Origin: Octopus vulgaris
Lineage: Eukaryota
Length of the DNA: 64,000 bases
Direction of reading: 5' to 3'
Assembly: GCA_951406725.2 (NCBI GenBank)
Contig: OX597836.1
Coordinates: 22,382,001-22,446,000 of the forward strand
The notes under the pieces are model-generated. The model was not told where the DNA came from. It was given only the letters and a program-made list of their open reading frames with translations, and ran no database searches. A program made the position numbers and the translations under genes. Shown in pieces: positions 38,746 through 52,034 of this stretch. The first letter of the stretch is position 1. Every line of letters starts with the position of its first letter.

Positions 38746-39354
38746 AATATGGTAAATATAGAAAGATTTTTTTTCAATGAGGAGGATTAATAATACCAAA
38801 ACATGTCCAGAGTTGTCTTCCTTACTTATTAAAATCAGATTAAATCAAAATTGGTCCAGGAACTAACGTTTTCTTCTCCTCACCACATAACTATTATCAG
38901 CTCAGAAGTTTTTTCTCATAACATTAACTATGACAAACCTTAACCATTTTATTATATTCCATTCTACAACATGAGGAAATGATTTATTAACTGCTCCAAT
39001 GATAACAAATCAAATAGCTTTTATAGAATGTTGCCCCTGTATGTATTTTTTTCAATATGGTAAATATAGAAAGATTTTTTTCAATGAGGAGGGTTAATAA
39101 TACCAAAACATGTCCAGAGTTGTCTCCCTTACTTATTAAAATCAGATTAAATCAAAATTGGTCCAGAAACTAACGTTTTCTTCTCCTCACCACATAACTA
39201 TTATCAGCTCAGAGGTTTTTTCTCATAATATTAACTATGACAAACCTTAACCGTTTTATTATACTCCATGAGGGAATGATTTATTAACTGCTCCAATGAT
39301 AACAAATCAAATAGCTTTTATAGAATGTTGCCCCTGTATTTATTTTTCTCAATA
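38746..39354. repeat. Tandem duplication with ~308-bp period
   Basis: AATATGGTAAATATAGAAAG starts at 38746 and again at 39054. The copies are co-linear with a few substitutions and a ~10-bp deletion in the second. Confidence 0.95.
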
Positions 39355-39985
39355 ATAACTTCAGGGAAGATGCATTAAATAGGTTAGTAGGTCGAGTAAT
39401 AAGAAGCAGCTCTTCCCTCGATAATGCCTTCTATTAGTTTCGACTTTTATTTCATTGGTAGATAACTAGAGAGAATGGGAAAATGTTTAAATTTAGCAGC
39501 CAAGCCAAGAAATCAACAATTCAACGCTGTCTTTTTTTCCCTTCTTTCTACTTCATCTCCAAGCCTGCCAATTTATCTAACGATGTTGCGTTACTGTTCT
39601 GTGAACAGCAACAAACTGACTGGGATAATTAGCATTGAAAGACGACTGCATTTATTCAAAGCAAATTAAAATTGGAAATCGCATTACCGTGAATTCATTG
39701 AAATCAATCCCATTCTAAATTATTCCTAATACACACACACACACACAGAGAAACAAAAACCATATACATACACTCTGAAACAAAAACCATATACATACAC
39801 ATATATACATGTAAACATGCAAGCATACATCACGATTGTCATCATAATGATGATCACTTTACATCATATTTCTTTTCATGCTGGATGAGCTTTTATGGAT
39901 TGTTGTGGTGCATGTCCTCTTGCACACATGGCAACAGAAAAAAATCAGGCTTTGTTTACTGTCCTACATTTTGGACTGGGATACA

Positions 39986-40213
39986 TTAACCCTTTAGCAT
40001 TCAAACTGGTCATATCTGGCCAAAATATTTAACCTGTTATATATTGAAACTGACCAGATCTCACTTTTCATCTCAGCCCAACCATGTCGTTCTAAAACTA
40101 AAAAATCACATCACTGAAATTTCTAAACTACAAGATAATGCATGATTAATTCAAAGCAATATAAATAAACAAATATCACATTTGACAGAATAATCTGAAC
40201 ACTAAAGGGTTAA
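39986..40213. mobile_element. piggyBac-type MITE D
   Basis: TTAACCCTTTAG...CTAAAGGGTTAA. A deleted copy also lies at about 20203-20371. Confidence 0.9.
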
Positions 40214-40309
40214 ATCAGGCTGCTAGCACCAAAGAGTGGCTAACCCTTGTGCAGAGGACCAACACATCCACTTCCTTCAGTTCCTCACCTTCTCCCGACT
40301 AAAAAGGTC

Positions 40310-40446
40310 TTTATTTACATTATTTACATTTTAGGGATATTTGTCCTCATCTCGTTTGTTGTTAACACGTTTCAGCTGATACACCCTCCAGCCTTCATCA
40401 GGTGTCTTGAGGAAATTTTGAACCTGAGTTCTCATTCCTAAGGTAC
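40310..40446 (-). mobile_element. Penelope-like tail fragment with hammerhead-like core
   Basis: Minus strand reads GACAC-CTGATGA-A-GGCTG..CAGCT-GAAA-C-GTGTT. Confidence 0.55.
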
Positions 40447-41169
40447 TTGGCAACCCTGCTGGTGCTGGTGCCACATAAAAGAGACCTGTGCTGGTGCCAT
40501 GTAATAAGCACTTGCCAGTGGAACTAAATATCACAAAGTGTTTTCTTCAACCTTATCAATTTTGCTAATATATTTCCATTTAGAATTCTTATTTATTGTT
40601 TAATCAAGAGGGGAGGGAGACACCTCTGAGCCAGAGACTTGATCCAAATGCTTGAAATAGAGTGGACTCTAGTAAAGATGCCCAAGAACCTGGGGGTGAC
40701 AACTGATTAAGACCACCACCCATGTAGGCCATGGTGGGATTTGAAATCAGAACACAATGAGCCAAAACAGATACCACAAAGAGTCCCTCTAATGCTCTAA
40801 TGATTCCACCAATCTAGGTTGGTGCTTTTATTGCCCCTAGAAGAATGAAAGCTGAAGTTGGCCTCAGCAGGATTTGAACACTGAACCCAAAACGCCAGGC
40901 TACATACTACAAGGCATTTTATTTGATACTCTACCAACTCTGCTAATTTACAATAACAATCCTTTATATTATAGGCACAAGGCTTGAAATTTTGAGTAAA
41001 GGGGTCCAGTCAATTACATTGACCCCAGTAGCTGAGTGGTATTTATTCCTTCAAATCCAAAAGGATGAAAAATAAAATTTACCTCAATAGAATTTAATGT
41101 CAGAGCATAAAAAGCTGGAAGGAAAACCTCATCATTTTGTCTGGAATGCTGACAATTCTAATAGCTTGC

Positions 41170-41204
<35 letters not shown>

Positions 41205-41351
41205 TAATAATAATGAGCAGTGACGCTAATGGCTTAACTGATTGGAAGTGCGATCATGTACATGTTTTGTCTTGGTGTAAAAGATGGGCTACAGCAATAA
41301 TAATAATAATAATAATAATGATGATGATGATGATGATGATGATAATAATAA

Positions 41352-41878
41352 ATACCCTGATGCAGTACCAGGCAGTGGCTCTCATGGCTTCTGATCTTAA
41401 CTGATTGGAAGTGTTACCATGTACATTGTTTTGTCTTGGTGTAAAAGATGGGCTACAGCAAATATTCTGCTCAATACCACAGATTTGCTTGTCAGTTGTT
41501 TGACCTTAACCAGTTGAACATGTCCCTTAGTGGCTGACGATATGTGCATCTCTGATCACGAGCAGAAGTAGTGGGGGAGCATCATAGGCATGTGTTGAGA
41601 GGAATTCTTTGGGGTTTGAATAATTCACCTCTGGAAACATGGGTCCTTTCTTCATCATTCTTAAACAACCCTTATTCACAGACCTTTTGGGCAGGATGGA
41701 CTATTAAATCAGAAGAAAATTCTAACCAGGTCCCACCTGCCAGGTCATGTGTTGTTTATCTTGATACAAGATCACTAAGTCACGCACAGATGGTTGTGAT
41801 GCATGTGCCTGGTGTGCCCTTAACAGACAAGTAGCCATGGTGAGTATACTGGGCTTTGTATATTTGCACCCCAGTGTC
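41352..41878 (-). mobile_element. Unclassified retroelement-like repeat ending in (TTA)n, with a partial duplicate at about 41233-41297
   Basis: The block CTTAACTGATTGGAAGTG..GATGGGCTACAGCAA is duplicated and embedded in AAT/GAT microsatellite. Orientation is inferred from the tail. Confidence 0.5.
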
Positions 41879-41953
41879 ACTAAAGGCAGAATATGAACTC
41901 AAACATAAAGAGAGTCAAAATCCAGCATGCTAAAGATTTTGTCAGCTTGCCAT

Positions 41954-42004
<51 letters not shown>

Positions 42005-43086
42005 TCAAATTTTGGCACAAGGCCACCAATTTTAGGGGGAGAGGGCTGAAACAATTAGGTTAGGTCAAAGTAGCTTCTGTGAACTTACCTTAAGTGCAAT
42101 GGTATAAAGATATGGTTACATTTCCTCTAGCAGCAGCAGCAGCAGCGACATTGGCAGCAGCAGCAGCATCTTTCAATGTGTTTATGGTAAAATTAATCCA
42201 TTTCATCAAAGGTTATTTCATCCTGAAAATGATAAAACAGAAAAAGATCAATATAAGAAATGTAAATATAAAAAAACAAAAAACAAATATATTTGAGAGA
42301 GTCAAGACTATTGAAAAGGTTGCAAGACGCAACGAAAATTTTAGAAAATAAAAATAAGAAATAAGTGGAAATTTTACCGGTGAGTGTGTTAAATAATAAG
42401 ACACTAAAAGAGAATGACTCTCCCCAGACACAACAAAATATAATTCAACACACGAACTCATATAAAGAATCTTGCAAACCAAATCCAAAAACGAAATATA
42501 TTTGAGTTCACTTCCCAATTATATAGTTTGGGGTTCATTCCCACTGCATGGTACGCTGGGTGAGTGCCTCCTAATATAACCCCCAGCTGACCAAATCCTT
42601 GTGAGAGCATTTGGTAGATCATCATCATCGTTGTCCTTTAATGTCCCTTTTCCATGCTGGCATGTGTTGGACTGTTTGACCAGCGCTGGTAAGGCCGGGA
42701 ACCACACCAGGTCCAAGTCTGATTTGACCCGGTTTCGACAGCTGGATGCCCTTTCACATGCCAACCACTTTACAGTGTGTGAGATGAGAACTGAAAAAAT
42801 CCCATCACATACATGCGTATGTGTGTGCATGCATGCACGCATGTGTACGCTTGCGTTGTTTTGACAGCACATGATAGTTGTAAGTGAATGTCACCATCAT
42901 GCAGTGTCATTTATTTCCAATCTTCCATGAAAATGTCCAGCTTTGGTGAACGATTAGCTCGCTCGGAAACAGGTGACAGTTGGTAACAGGAAGGACAGCC
43001 AGCTGTAGAAGATCTGCCTCAAGTCAGCCACTGATGTCGTGATCAGCCAGTGAGCTTGTTACAAAATATATATATATATATATATG

Positions 43087-43420
43087 TGTGCCGGTGGCAC
43101 GTAAAAAGCACCATCCGAACGTGGCCAATGCCAGCGCCGCCTTGACTGGCTTCTGTGCCGGTGGCACATAAAAAGCACCAACTGATCGTGGCCGCTGCCA
43201 GACTCCCCTGGTACCTGTACCGGTGGCACGTAAAAAGCACCCACTACACTCATGGAGTGGTTGGCGTTAGGAAGGGCATCCAGCTGTAGAAATACTGCCA
43301 GATCAGACTGGAGCCTGGTGCAGCCTCCTGGCTTCCCAGACCCCAGTCGAACCGTCCAACCCGTGCTAGCACGGAAAACAGGCATTAAACGATGATGATG
43401 ATGATGATGATGATGATGAT
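43087..43420 (+). mobile_element. RTE-type tail repeat (family C) with three internal subrepeats
   Basis: GT(G/A)CCGGTGGCAC(G/A)TAAAAAGCACC occurs three times and is followed by a (GAT)n tail. The same layout occurs at 56353-56665. Confidence 0.85.
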
Positions 43421-43666
43421 ATATGTGACAGAGGTAGTATTAATATTATAAGGTAATATTTATCCCCACTTAAATGTTGATGTTCTGTTAGAACAAATTA
43501 TACTGCAGAATACTGTGAGAGAAACTCTTATATTGGCTTTTGGTGCAAAATGCACTCTTGTTTATGTCACTAGTGAGGAAATAAATCCTCACCATCTCCA
43601 GTCTCTTCTCTCCATACTACCTATGGGTAGTAAGGAAAGGAGAAACTGCATGCATGAGCAATTACT

Positions 43667-43972
43667 TTTATTTTATTTATGTACCCTTTTCAAGCCTAGC
43701 CAGGCTCGTGGGCCCGGTTTCCCGGTTTCTATAGCGTATGTGTTCACCCCAGCTAGACGGGATGCCAGTCCATCGCAGCATTACTCAAGAAACAGGAAGA
43801 AAGAGTGAGAGAAAGTTGTGGCGAAAGAGTACAACAGGGGTTGCCACCACCCCCTGCCGGAGCCTCATGGAGCTTTAGGTATTTTCACTCAATAAACACA
43901 CACAATACCTGGTCTGGGAATCGAAACCGCGATCCTCTGACTGCGAGTCTGCTGCCCTAACCACTAGGCCAT
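43667..43972 (-). mobile_element. SINE family E variant with 13-bp TSD
   Basis: TSD ATGAGCAATTACT at 43654-43666 and 43973-43985. Confidence 0.9.
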
Positions 43973-44598
43973 ATGAGCAATTACTAGTCTTTCTAAAATA
44001 TGAAAACAACCTAGGCCTACACAGACACAAACAGATGTCAAAAGTCAACGATGAACAATGAAGGCCTCAGTTAAATTGATCGCGGTAATTATTTTATGGA
44101 TGGATACACACACACAATATGCAGTTGCAGGTATGGGTGTGTGCTTATGAGGTTCAGTTTTCAACCAGGTCATGTGGTTTCAGATTTGGCACCTATGCCT
44201 CACAGGTGAGATACTGTACAAACAATGGTGGTGCATCATAGGTGCAGATGTGTCTCCTCAGGTGACTTGCCAAAAGGTACTTTGTTTTTTATTCACTTAT
44301 TTCTATAACGATCCATTTTGGTGGTTGCAGCATGCTATGCATCTACACAAGGAATTGAGATACAATGAAGGACTCAACTTGCATAAATAATAAGATAACT
44401 TTAAAAAAAAAAGATAAAATAAAAAAATAAATACATGAATCAAATAAAATGCTATATACTGATAGTAAAATATCATTAAATAATACCATAAAAATCCATT
44501 AAAAAATATAAAATATATATACATACATATATATATATACACACACATATAAATATATACATACATACATACATATACACACACACACACACACACAT

Positions 44599-44660
<62 letters not shown>

Positions 44661-45202
44661 TCACATACATATACACACACAAACAAACACACATCTGTCT
44701 ATATATAAGTATGTACACACATGGGGCACCTCTAGCTTCATCACAAGATATTGGCCAACCTGTGGTTATACAGGGTGCAGCAAAATAAACCCTCCAAGAT
44801 TCGTTATCCATGACAAACATTTCAATAACAAACGTATGGTGTGCACTTGTTTAAACCATGATGGTTAACTTACAAAAACAAATTAAGAAACAATAACACA
44901 TTAGCTACAGGAAGACATCGTTAACACCTGCCTAACTTCCCTAGATCCACATCAATGGCTATGTAGAATATGGTAGACTTTTTCTGCCACGCCTGTGGTA
45001 GAAAAGAAACAAAAAACATCCAAGTGTCCACACATTGGGATGGAACCCAGGATCTAGTGGTTCTGAAGGGAACTTTTTAACTACATCCCCATACTTGTAC
45101 ATCATTCTACTATTGCGCATATATATATATATACATATATGTATATAATGGGCCATTATTTAAAGCTACTTTTATATTTCAGTAGCTTTGTAATAATAAT
45201 AA

Positions 45203-45735
45203 TAATCCTTTCTACAATAGGCACAAGGCCTGAAATTTTGGAAGAAGGCTTAAGTTGATTGCATTGACCCCAGTACTCAACTGGTACTTACTTTATCCAT
45301 TGCAAAAGGATGAAAGCAAAGTCGACCGTGGCAGAATTTGAACTCGGAATGTAAAGACAGACTAAATGCCACTAAGCATTTTACCTAGCATGCTAACAAT
45401 TCTGCCAATTTGCCACTTTAACAACAACAACAACAACAGTACTGATGATTTCAAATTTTGGCACAAGGCCAGCAATTTCGGTGGGGGAGGGTGATTATAT
45501 GGATTACATCAGCCCCAGTACTCAACTGGTACTTATTTTATCGATCCTGAAGGGATGAAAAGCAAAGTCGACCTTGACAGAATTTGAACTCAGAATGTGA
45601 AGAAGGACAAAATATTGCTAAGCATTTTGCTGGTGCGGTAACGATTCTGCCAGCTCACCACCATAATAATAATAATGGTTTCAAATTTTGCCACAAGGGC
45701 ATTTTGCCCGGTGCAGTAATGATTCAACCAGCTCA
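45203..45735 (-). mobile_element. SINE A' head-to-tail cluster
   Basis: Two full units plus a deleted one. Similar clusters lie at about 31608-32035, 37455-37850, 40720-41170 and 53860-54270. Confidence 0.8.
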
Positions 45736-45737
45736 CT

Positions 45738-45920
<183 letters not shown>

Positions 45921-46397
45921 GTGCTGATAAGTTTAGTGCTTTTCTTTCACAAGAGTATTTTGAGAAATTTGCAGCATCAATGCATTTCCCAATGGCATCA
46001 GTGACACGTGTGAAAAACCAGCAGATTGCTGACTCAGTCTCCAGAGAGTTTAGAACCCTGCACCCACCGCCATCAACAATGAAAACCCTCTTCAATGCTA
46101 CTTGTCCTTATGAATAATTTGAGCGGGATTCTTCCCTCACTATTTCCCCAAAAAGGTGGGTGGGTGAATAAATGATTAGTTGATAACACCATCACAAAAG
46201 AAGAACATCACAATCAACAGACGCATATAATATGTGTATATATATATATATATACATATATGTATATACACACACACATTAATATTGAACAGTGGGAATG
46301 AGTGCTCAACACTGCATTAGTGATACAGAAATATTCTTTAATGATATCTTTTTTAATGGTTTGTTTTGATTCTATGTTCATATTAGGTGCTTATAAA

Positions 46398-46453
<56 letters not shown>

Positions 46454-48101
46454 TGGCATGGAAAGCAGATGATACACACACACACACATCCATACATGTA
46501 CATACATGCATGCTCATCCAACACCCGTACACACACGCCCACTCCTGTATCACACATACCCCGTACACATCTACACTTGTGCATACACACCCACCCACAC
46601 ATGCTCATACATATCCCCCCATACACATCCATACACATCCAAATCAATCAAGCCTCCAACCCTTCCCAACGCTCTCCCCCACCCACTAACCCGACACAAC
46701 TCTGTCTTCATTAAAAGAAAACCAACAAACTTTAACACTGCCTCAAAAAAAATTAAAACAAAATAAATAAAAAATACTCCCCACCCCCACCTACTGTGTA
46801 GTGTTGCTTGTTAATGAATGATAATGAAGAATAAATTAACAAAAAGACAAAAAAAAAACATGACAAAAAGTACAGCAAACACCACCCCCCCCAAACCTCA
46901 CCAATTCCAAAGAGTGATGCAATGCACAGCAGGAAGCAGAACTAAGGGCAGGGCAATTCTCAAAAAACAGGAAAAAAACGATTTGAATTTAGAAAAGGTT
47001 TGGAATATGAGAGCTATGTGTTTAATTAACGATGAATTATTATTATAACGATGTGGTTTAAGATCATTGGTGAAGAAGAAATTTAGAAAAATCCAAAGAA
47101 AGGAAAAAATATTGACATCGTCATCATTTTAACATCCACTTTTCCATGCTTCACATGGGTCAAATGGAATTGGTTATGGTCGATTATTTTTTGCAGCTGG
47201 ATGCCCTTCCTGTTGCCAACCCTCACCTGATTCCAAGCAAGGTAATATTTTCGTGGATGACTTGAAATGAAAATGCTTTCATGGTAATGCTTGTTTACAA
47301 CTATTACATGATGGTACATATGAACACTCGCATACACACATACATATGCAAACATATACACACACACACATAGAAACATGTATATATACACACATACACA
47401 TATATATACACACATACATATATATGAACACGTGAACACACATATATACACACACATATTTAGGGTATAGATCTCCTTCAGTCACCAAGAAAGTTCCCCA
47501 ACAAAGTACAAGTCCAGATAAGTTTATTTTTGGAAGACCAGCAGCCACCCATGCATACCAGTCTCCCCTCTCAATGCCACGGATATTATCCAGGAGAAAA
47601 GCAAAGGCCAATACGTCACAACTCATTTCCACAGCTGAGCGAACTGGAGCAATGTGAAATAAAGTGCCTTGCTCAAAAACACAACACACAACCTGGAATT
47701 GAACTCGCAACCTCATAAGCCTGAAGCTCTGACCATGAGCCACGCACCTTCACATACATGTGTGTGTGTGTGGGTGCATGTAAATGTCGGTCTGATGATG
47801 ACTTAGCTGGCTGAAACTTTGAAGTCACTGTCAACAATATTTTTGCTTAAGAACAGACATATATAATTCAATTTGGATATTAACCTTGAAGTATTCTTTA
47901 GAAAACCAACCTACAAGTATCAGCTATCAGATATATTTTACAGTGGAAACTGATTGGTTTACTGAAGATACATCTGCAAATCTGTGAATACCCATGGAGT
48001 ATATATAAACATTAACAAGGGGAACAGAGTAACATGTTTTATTGCATAAAACTACAATTGTTTCATCAACACTTTCTCCCCAAAATTATTGCACGAATGC
48101 T

Positions 48102-48178
<77 letters not shown>

Positions 48179-48189
48179 ATTGCAGCGTG

Positions 48190-48314
48190 AAAAACCATTA
48201 GATTCACTTCAACATTTAAATTTGATTTGCCAAAATATTTTCGTCACGGTCTCAAAGCGACGAAAATATTTTGGCAAATTAAATTTAAATGTTGAAGTGA
48301 ATCTAATGGTTTTT
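48190..48314. repeat. Near-perfect inverted repeat with 56-bp arms and a 13-nt loop (Penelope-like fold-back)
   Basis: 48190-48245 pairs with 48259-48314, with a single G-T wobble. Confidence 0.95.
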
Positions 48315-48639
48315 GTGTGTTTCTTAAGTGGCTAATAAACACCTTCCATGCTGCAATTGTTTTCGTTCCAGCACACGATTACAGATCAGATTACTTGCTA
48401 TGCAAGTACATCTCCATTATATATATATATATATGTACATGCACAAAATAATACATCATATCAGTATTCTTTCAGCAACACTATAAAATGTCAATTCCTT
48501 GGGTATATGTATAAAGTAGTTTATACTTATACCAAAAGAACTGACATTTTCTAGTGTTGCTGAAACAATTTGTATTATTTTACAATTAAATATGTTGCTC
48601 ACTCCACTCTCTTTGTTAATACATATATATATATATATA

Positions 48640-48671
<32 letters not shown>

Positions 48672-51203
48672 AATATCAAACAATGAGAATGAGTGCTCAA
48701 CATTGCATTGTTGGATAAAGAATTTTTATTTGTGGATTAAGGCTACCATTGGTTCCATATTAAGGAACCCCTCAATTATCAGGCCAATCTCACGGAACAT
48801 CGGTGTTTGCCTCCATTTTGGACTAAAATTATATATATTTAACTATATATAAAGATCCTGGTAGGGTAGAAAGATAGGGTGTTTCCAATGCAGCACACAA
48901 CCCAAGGTGTGGATTATCAACACTGTTGGACTGCAGAGTAATTACCAAAATTCTTCAGGTGTACAAAATCCTGGTTTCACAACAGTAAAACATTGTGTGA
49001 GTTTAGTGAAGAATAAAATATAATCTAAATAAGAAATGTAAAAGTCTTTGCCTTCTTATTCAGACTATATATAAATATATATCTTTTAGCTCTTACTTGT
49101 TTCAGTCACTGGGCTGAGGCCATGCTGGGGCACACTACCTTAAAGAATTTTATGTCAAATGTATCAACCCCAGCACTTATTTAGTTTTTAAGCCTAGTAC
49201 TTATTCTATCGGCTGTTTTGCCAAACCACTAAGTTACCAATAAGTGGTGGTGGGGACAAAGACATAAAGAGAGACACACACAAAATACACATATATAAAA
49301 TGGGCTTCTTTCAGTTTCCGTCTACCAAATCCACCCTCAAGTCTTTGGTCAGACTGGGGCCTATAGTAGAAGACATTTGCCCAAGGTGGCAAGCAGTGGG
49401 ACCTTCTTACCACACAGCCATACACACACACACACATCACAGGCTTCCATACAGTTTCTGTCTACTGAGTCCATCACAAAGGTTGGTCAACTTTAGGTTA
49501 TAGTAAAAGACACTTGTCTAAGGTGCCAAGCAGTTAGACTGAACTCAAAACCTCATGACTAGGAAGCAAGTTTCTTAACGACACAGTCAATGCCTGTGTG
49601 TGTATGTATAAAAAAATAATAAATGGTTTAAAAACAAAAGTGGAAAAAAAATGAAAAGGTGACATGTTTAAAAATTATTTTGCAGTTTGGAATATTTTCC
49701 AAAGTGAATTTCATGAGAACAAAAAGAATTTTTTTCCCTATTTTTGAAAATTATATAATTTCTGAAATCTACATATATTTATAGATGCAGTTATGGCTGC
49801 ATGGTGAAGAAGGTTTCTTCTCAATCATGGAGTTTAGAGTTCAATTTCACTGCATCAAACCTTGGACAAGTCTTCTGCTTTAGCCCCTGGGCTGACCAAT
49901 GCCTTGTCAATGGATCTGGTAGATGGAAACTGTGATGAAGCCTGTTGTGTGTGTGTGTGTGAGTGTTTATCACTGTTTCTGTTGCTTGGCAACCAGTGAT
50001 TGTTTACTACCTCTCCATAACTTAGCAGCTCACCGACTGAGATCAACAAAAAAAAATACTATGATTGATTTGTCCAACAAACCCCTTGCAAGTCAGTGCT
50101 CCAGCATGGCCACATAGTAGTCCAATGACTGAAACAAGTAAGAGATAAAGGGTAAACGAAAAAGGAAGAGATTGTAAGCAATGCATAGCATTTGTTGTGC
50201 ATCAGATGCAACAAAAAACATTGCAAATATGTGCATTTGCTGCATATGTTGTACATGTTTGCATACATGCAAAACAAAAAACAAAACAACAAAAAATACA
50301 CTTCTAGTTGTAATTAGCATCTTGTTAATTGAGGCAGTTCTTTAGATTTTTGAAATTGAGAGGAAATTAACAGACTTTGCAGAGAAACTTGAGTCAGGTT
50401 AATTACATGGTTTAGTTTTTTTGGGGTATTTTTTTGCTTTTATGCTCTTCTTTTTTTTTCTTTCCTCCTCCCCAAAGGTGGTGGCAGTGGCAGGGTGAGG
50501 GGAGGGATTTGGGATAATTTCACTGGATTCGTTAATGACGCATGATTGGGATGTTGGAATGATGGTAAATTAAGAGGTGCATGGCAGGGGTGGTGGTGGT
50601 GGTGGTGGTGGGGTAGAAGTGTCTGCTAAGAGCTGAAATGGTTAAAGTGGAGCCCAGCAGCAGCAACAGCAGCAGAACTACAAGGGCAAGCAAAGCTTGG
50701 GTGCAGATACACGGAAGTGAGAAATGCCTGGCATATTGCATCGGTGAACTGTGTCTGGTACGGCTGCCAGCGTGAATAATATATTGGCAGGACAATGAGT
50801 GTGAGTGATGTGTGGTTGAGTGTAAGTGATGTAAGTTTGAGTGCGAGTGGTGTATGGTATGGCAGCAAGAATGAGAGCTGCTTGACAAATCTGACGATGT
50901 AACAAGGATCAGTGGTTATGGCACAGCAGCAAGAATGAGTAGCATGTGGCAAAAGCAGCGAGGAACATGTTGGGCGGCACTGCAAAGGTGAGCATGGTGC
51001 AGGCTGTAGTAGTGGCGACAATGGTGGCAGTGATGTGTGATGAGGGTGAAGTTGTGCATGTTATTGAAGCCATGGTGGCTGAGACTGTACAAGAGCAATA
51101 TGGTGATACTGTAAATAAATTACATTGTTATGACAGTAACAGTATAAGAATGGTATTATGAGGGATGGTATTATAAGGGAGGGATGTAGCAGAATGGTAT
51201 CAT

Positions 51204-51436
51204 AAGGCAGCGAGCTGGCAGAATCGTTAGCATGCCAGACGAAATGCTTAGCAGTATTTCGTCTGCTGCTACGTTCTGAGTTCAAATTCTGCTGAGGTCG
51301 ACTTTGCCTTTCATCCTTTCGGGGTCGATAAATTCAGTACCAGTTACGCACTGGGGTCGATGTAATCGACTTAATCCCTTTATCTGTCCTTGTTTGTCCC
51401 CTCTACGTTTAGTCCCTTGCAAGCAATAAAGAAATA
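51204..51436 (+). mobile_element. Full-length SINE A
   Basis: Imperfect TSD AGAATGGT(A/G)T(C/T)AT. Another copy lies at 51764-51989. Confidence 0.9.
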
Positions 51437-51688
51437 AGAATGGTGTTATGACAATGGTAAAAGTGATGGTTCTAGAAATTGGTTTTACAATGATAGAAAT
51501 AGTACCTTTTTATATTTTTGTTTTAGTCAGTCTGTGTAGGCGTGGCTGTGTGGTAAGAAGTTTGCCTCCCAACCACATGGTTCCAGATTCAGTTCTCTGG
51601 TATGGTACCTTGGGCAAGTGTCTTCTGCTGTAGCCTTGGGCTGACCAAAGCCTTGTAAATGGATTTAGGAGACAGAAACTGAAGAAGC

Positions 51689-51767
<79 letters not shown>

Positions 51768-51985
51768 GCGGTAAGCTGGCAGAAACGTTAGCACGCCTGG
51801 TGAAATCCGTTAGCCGTATTTCGCCTGCCGTTACATCCTGAGTTCAAATTCCGCCGAGGTCGACTTTGCCTTTCATTTTCGGGTCTTAAATAAGTACCAG
51901 TTACGTCCACTGGGGTCGATGTTCAAATCCGTTTGTCTGTCCTTGTTTGTCCCCTCTGTGTTTAGCCCCTTGTGGGGAGTAAAGA

Positions 51986-52032
<47 letters not shown>

Positions 52033-52034
<2 letters not shown>

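Noticed and set aside
47791-47822. CTGATGA...GAAA hammerhead-like spacing
   Set aside because: Stems I and II do not pair convincingly.
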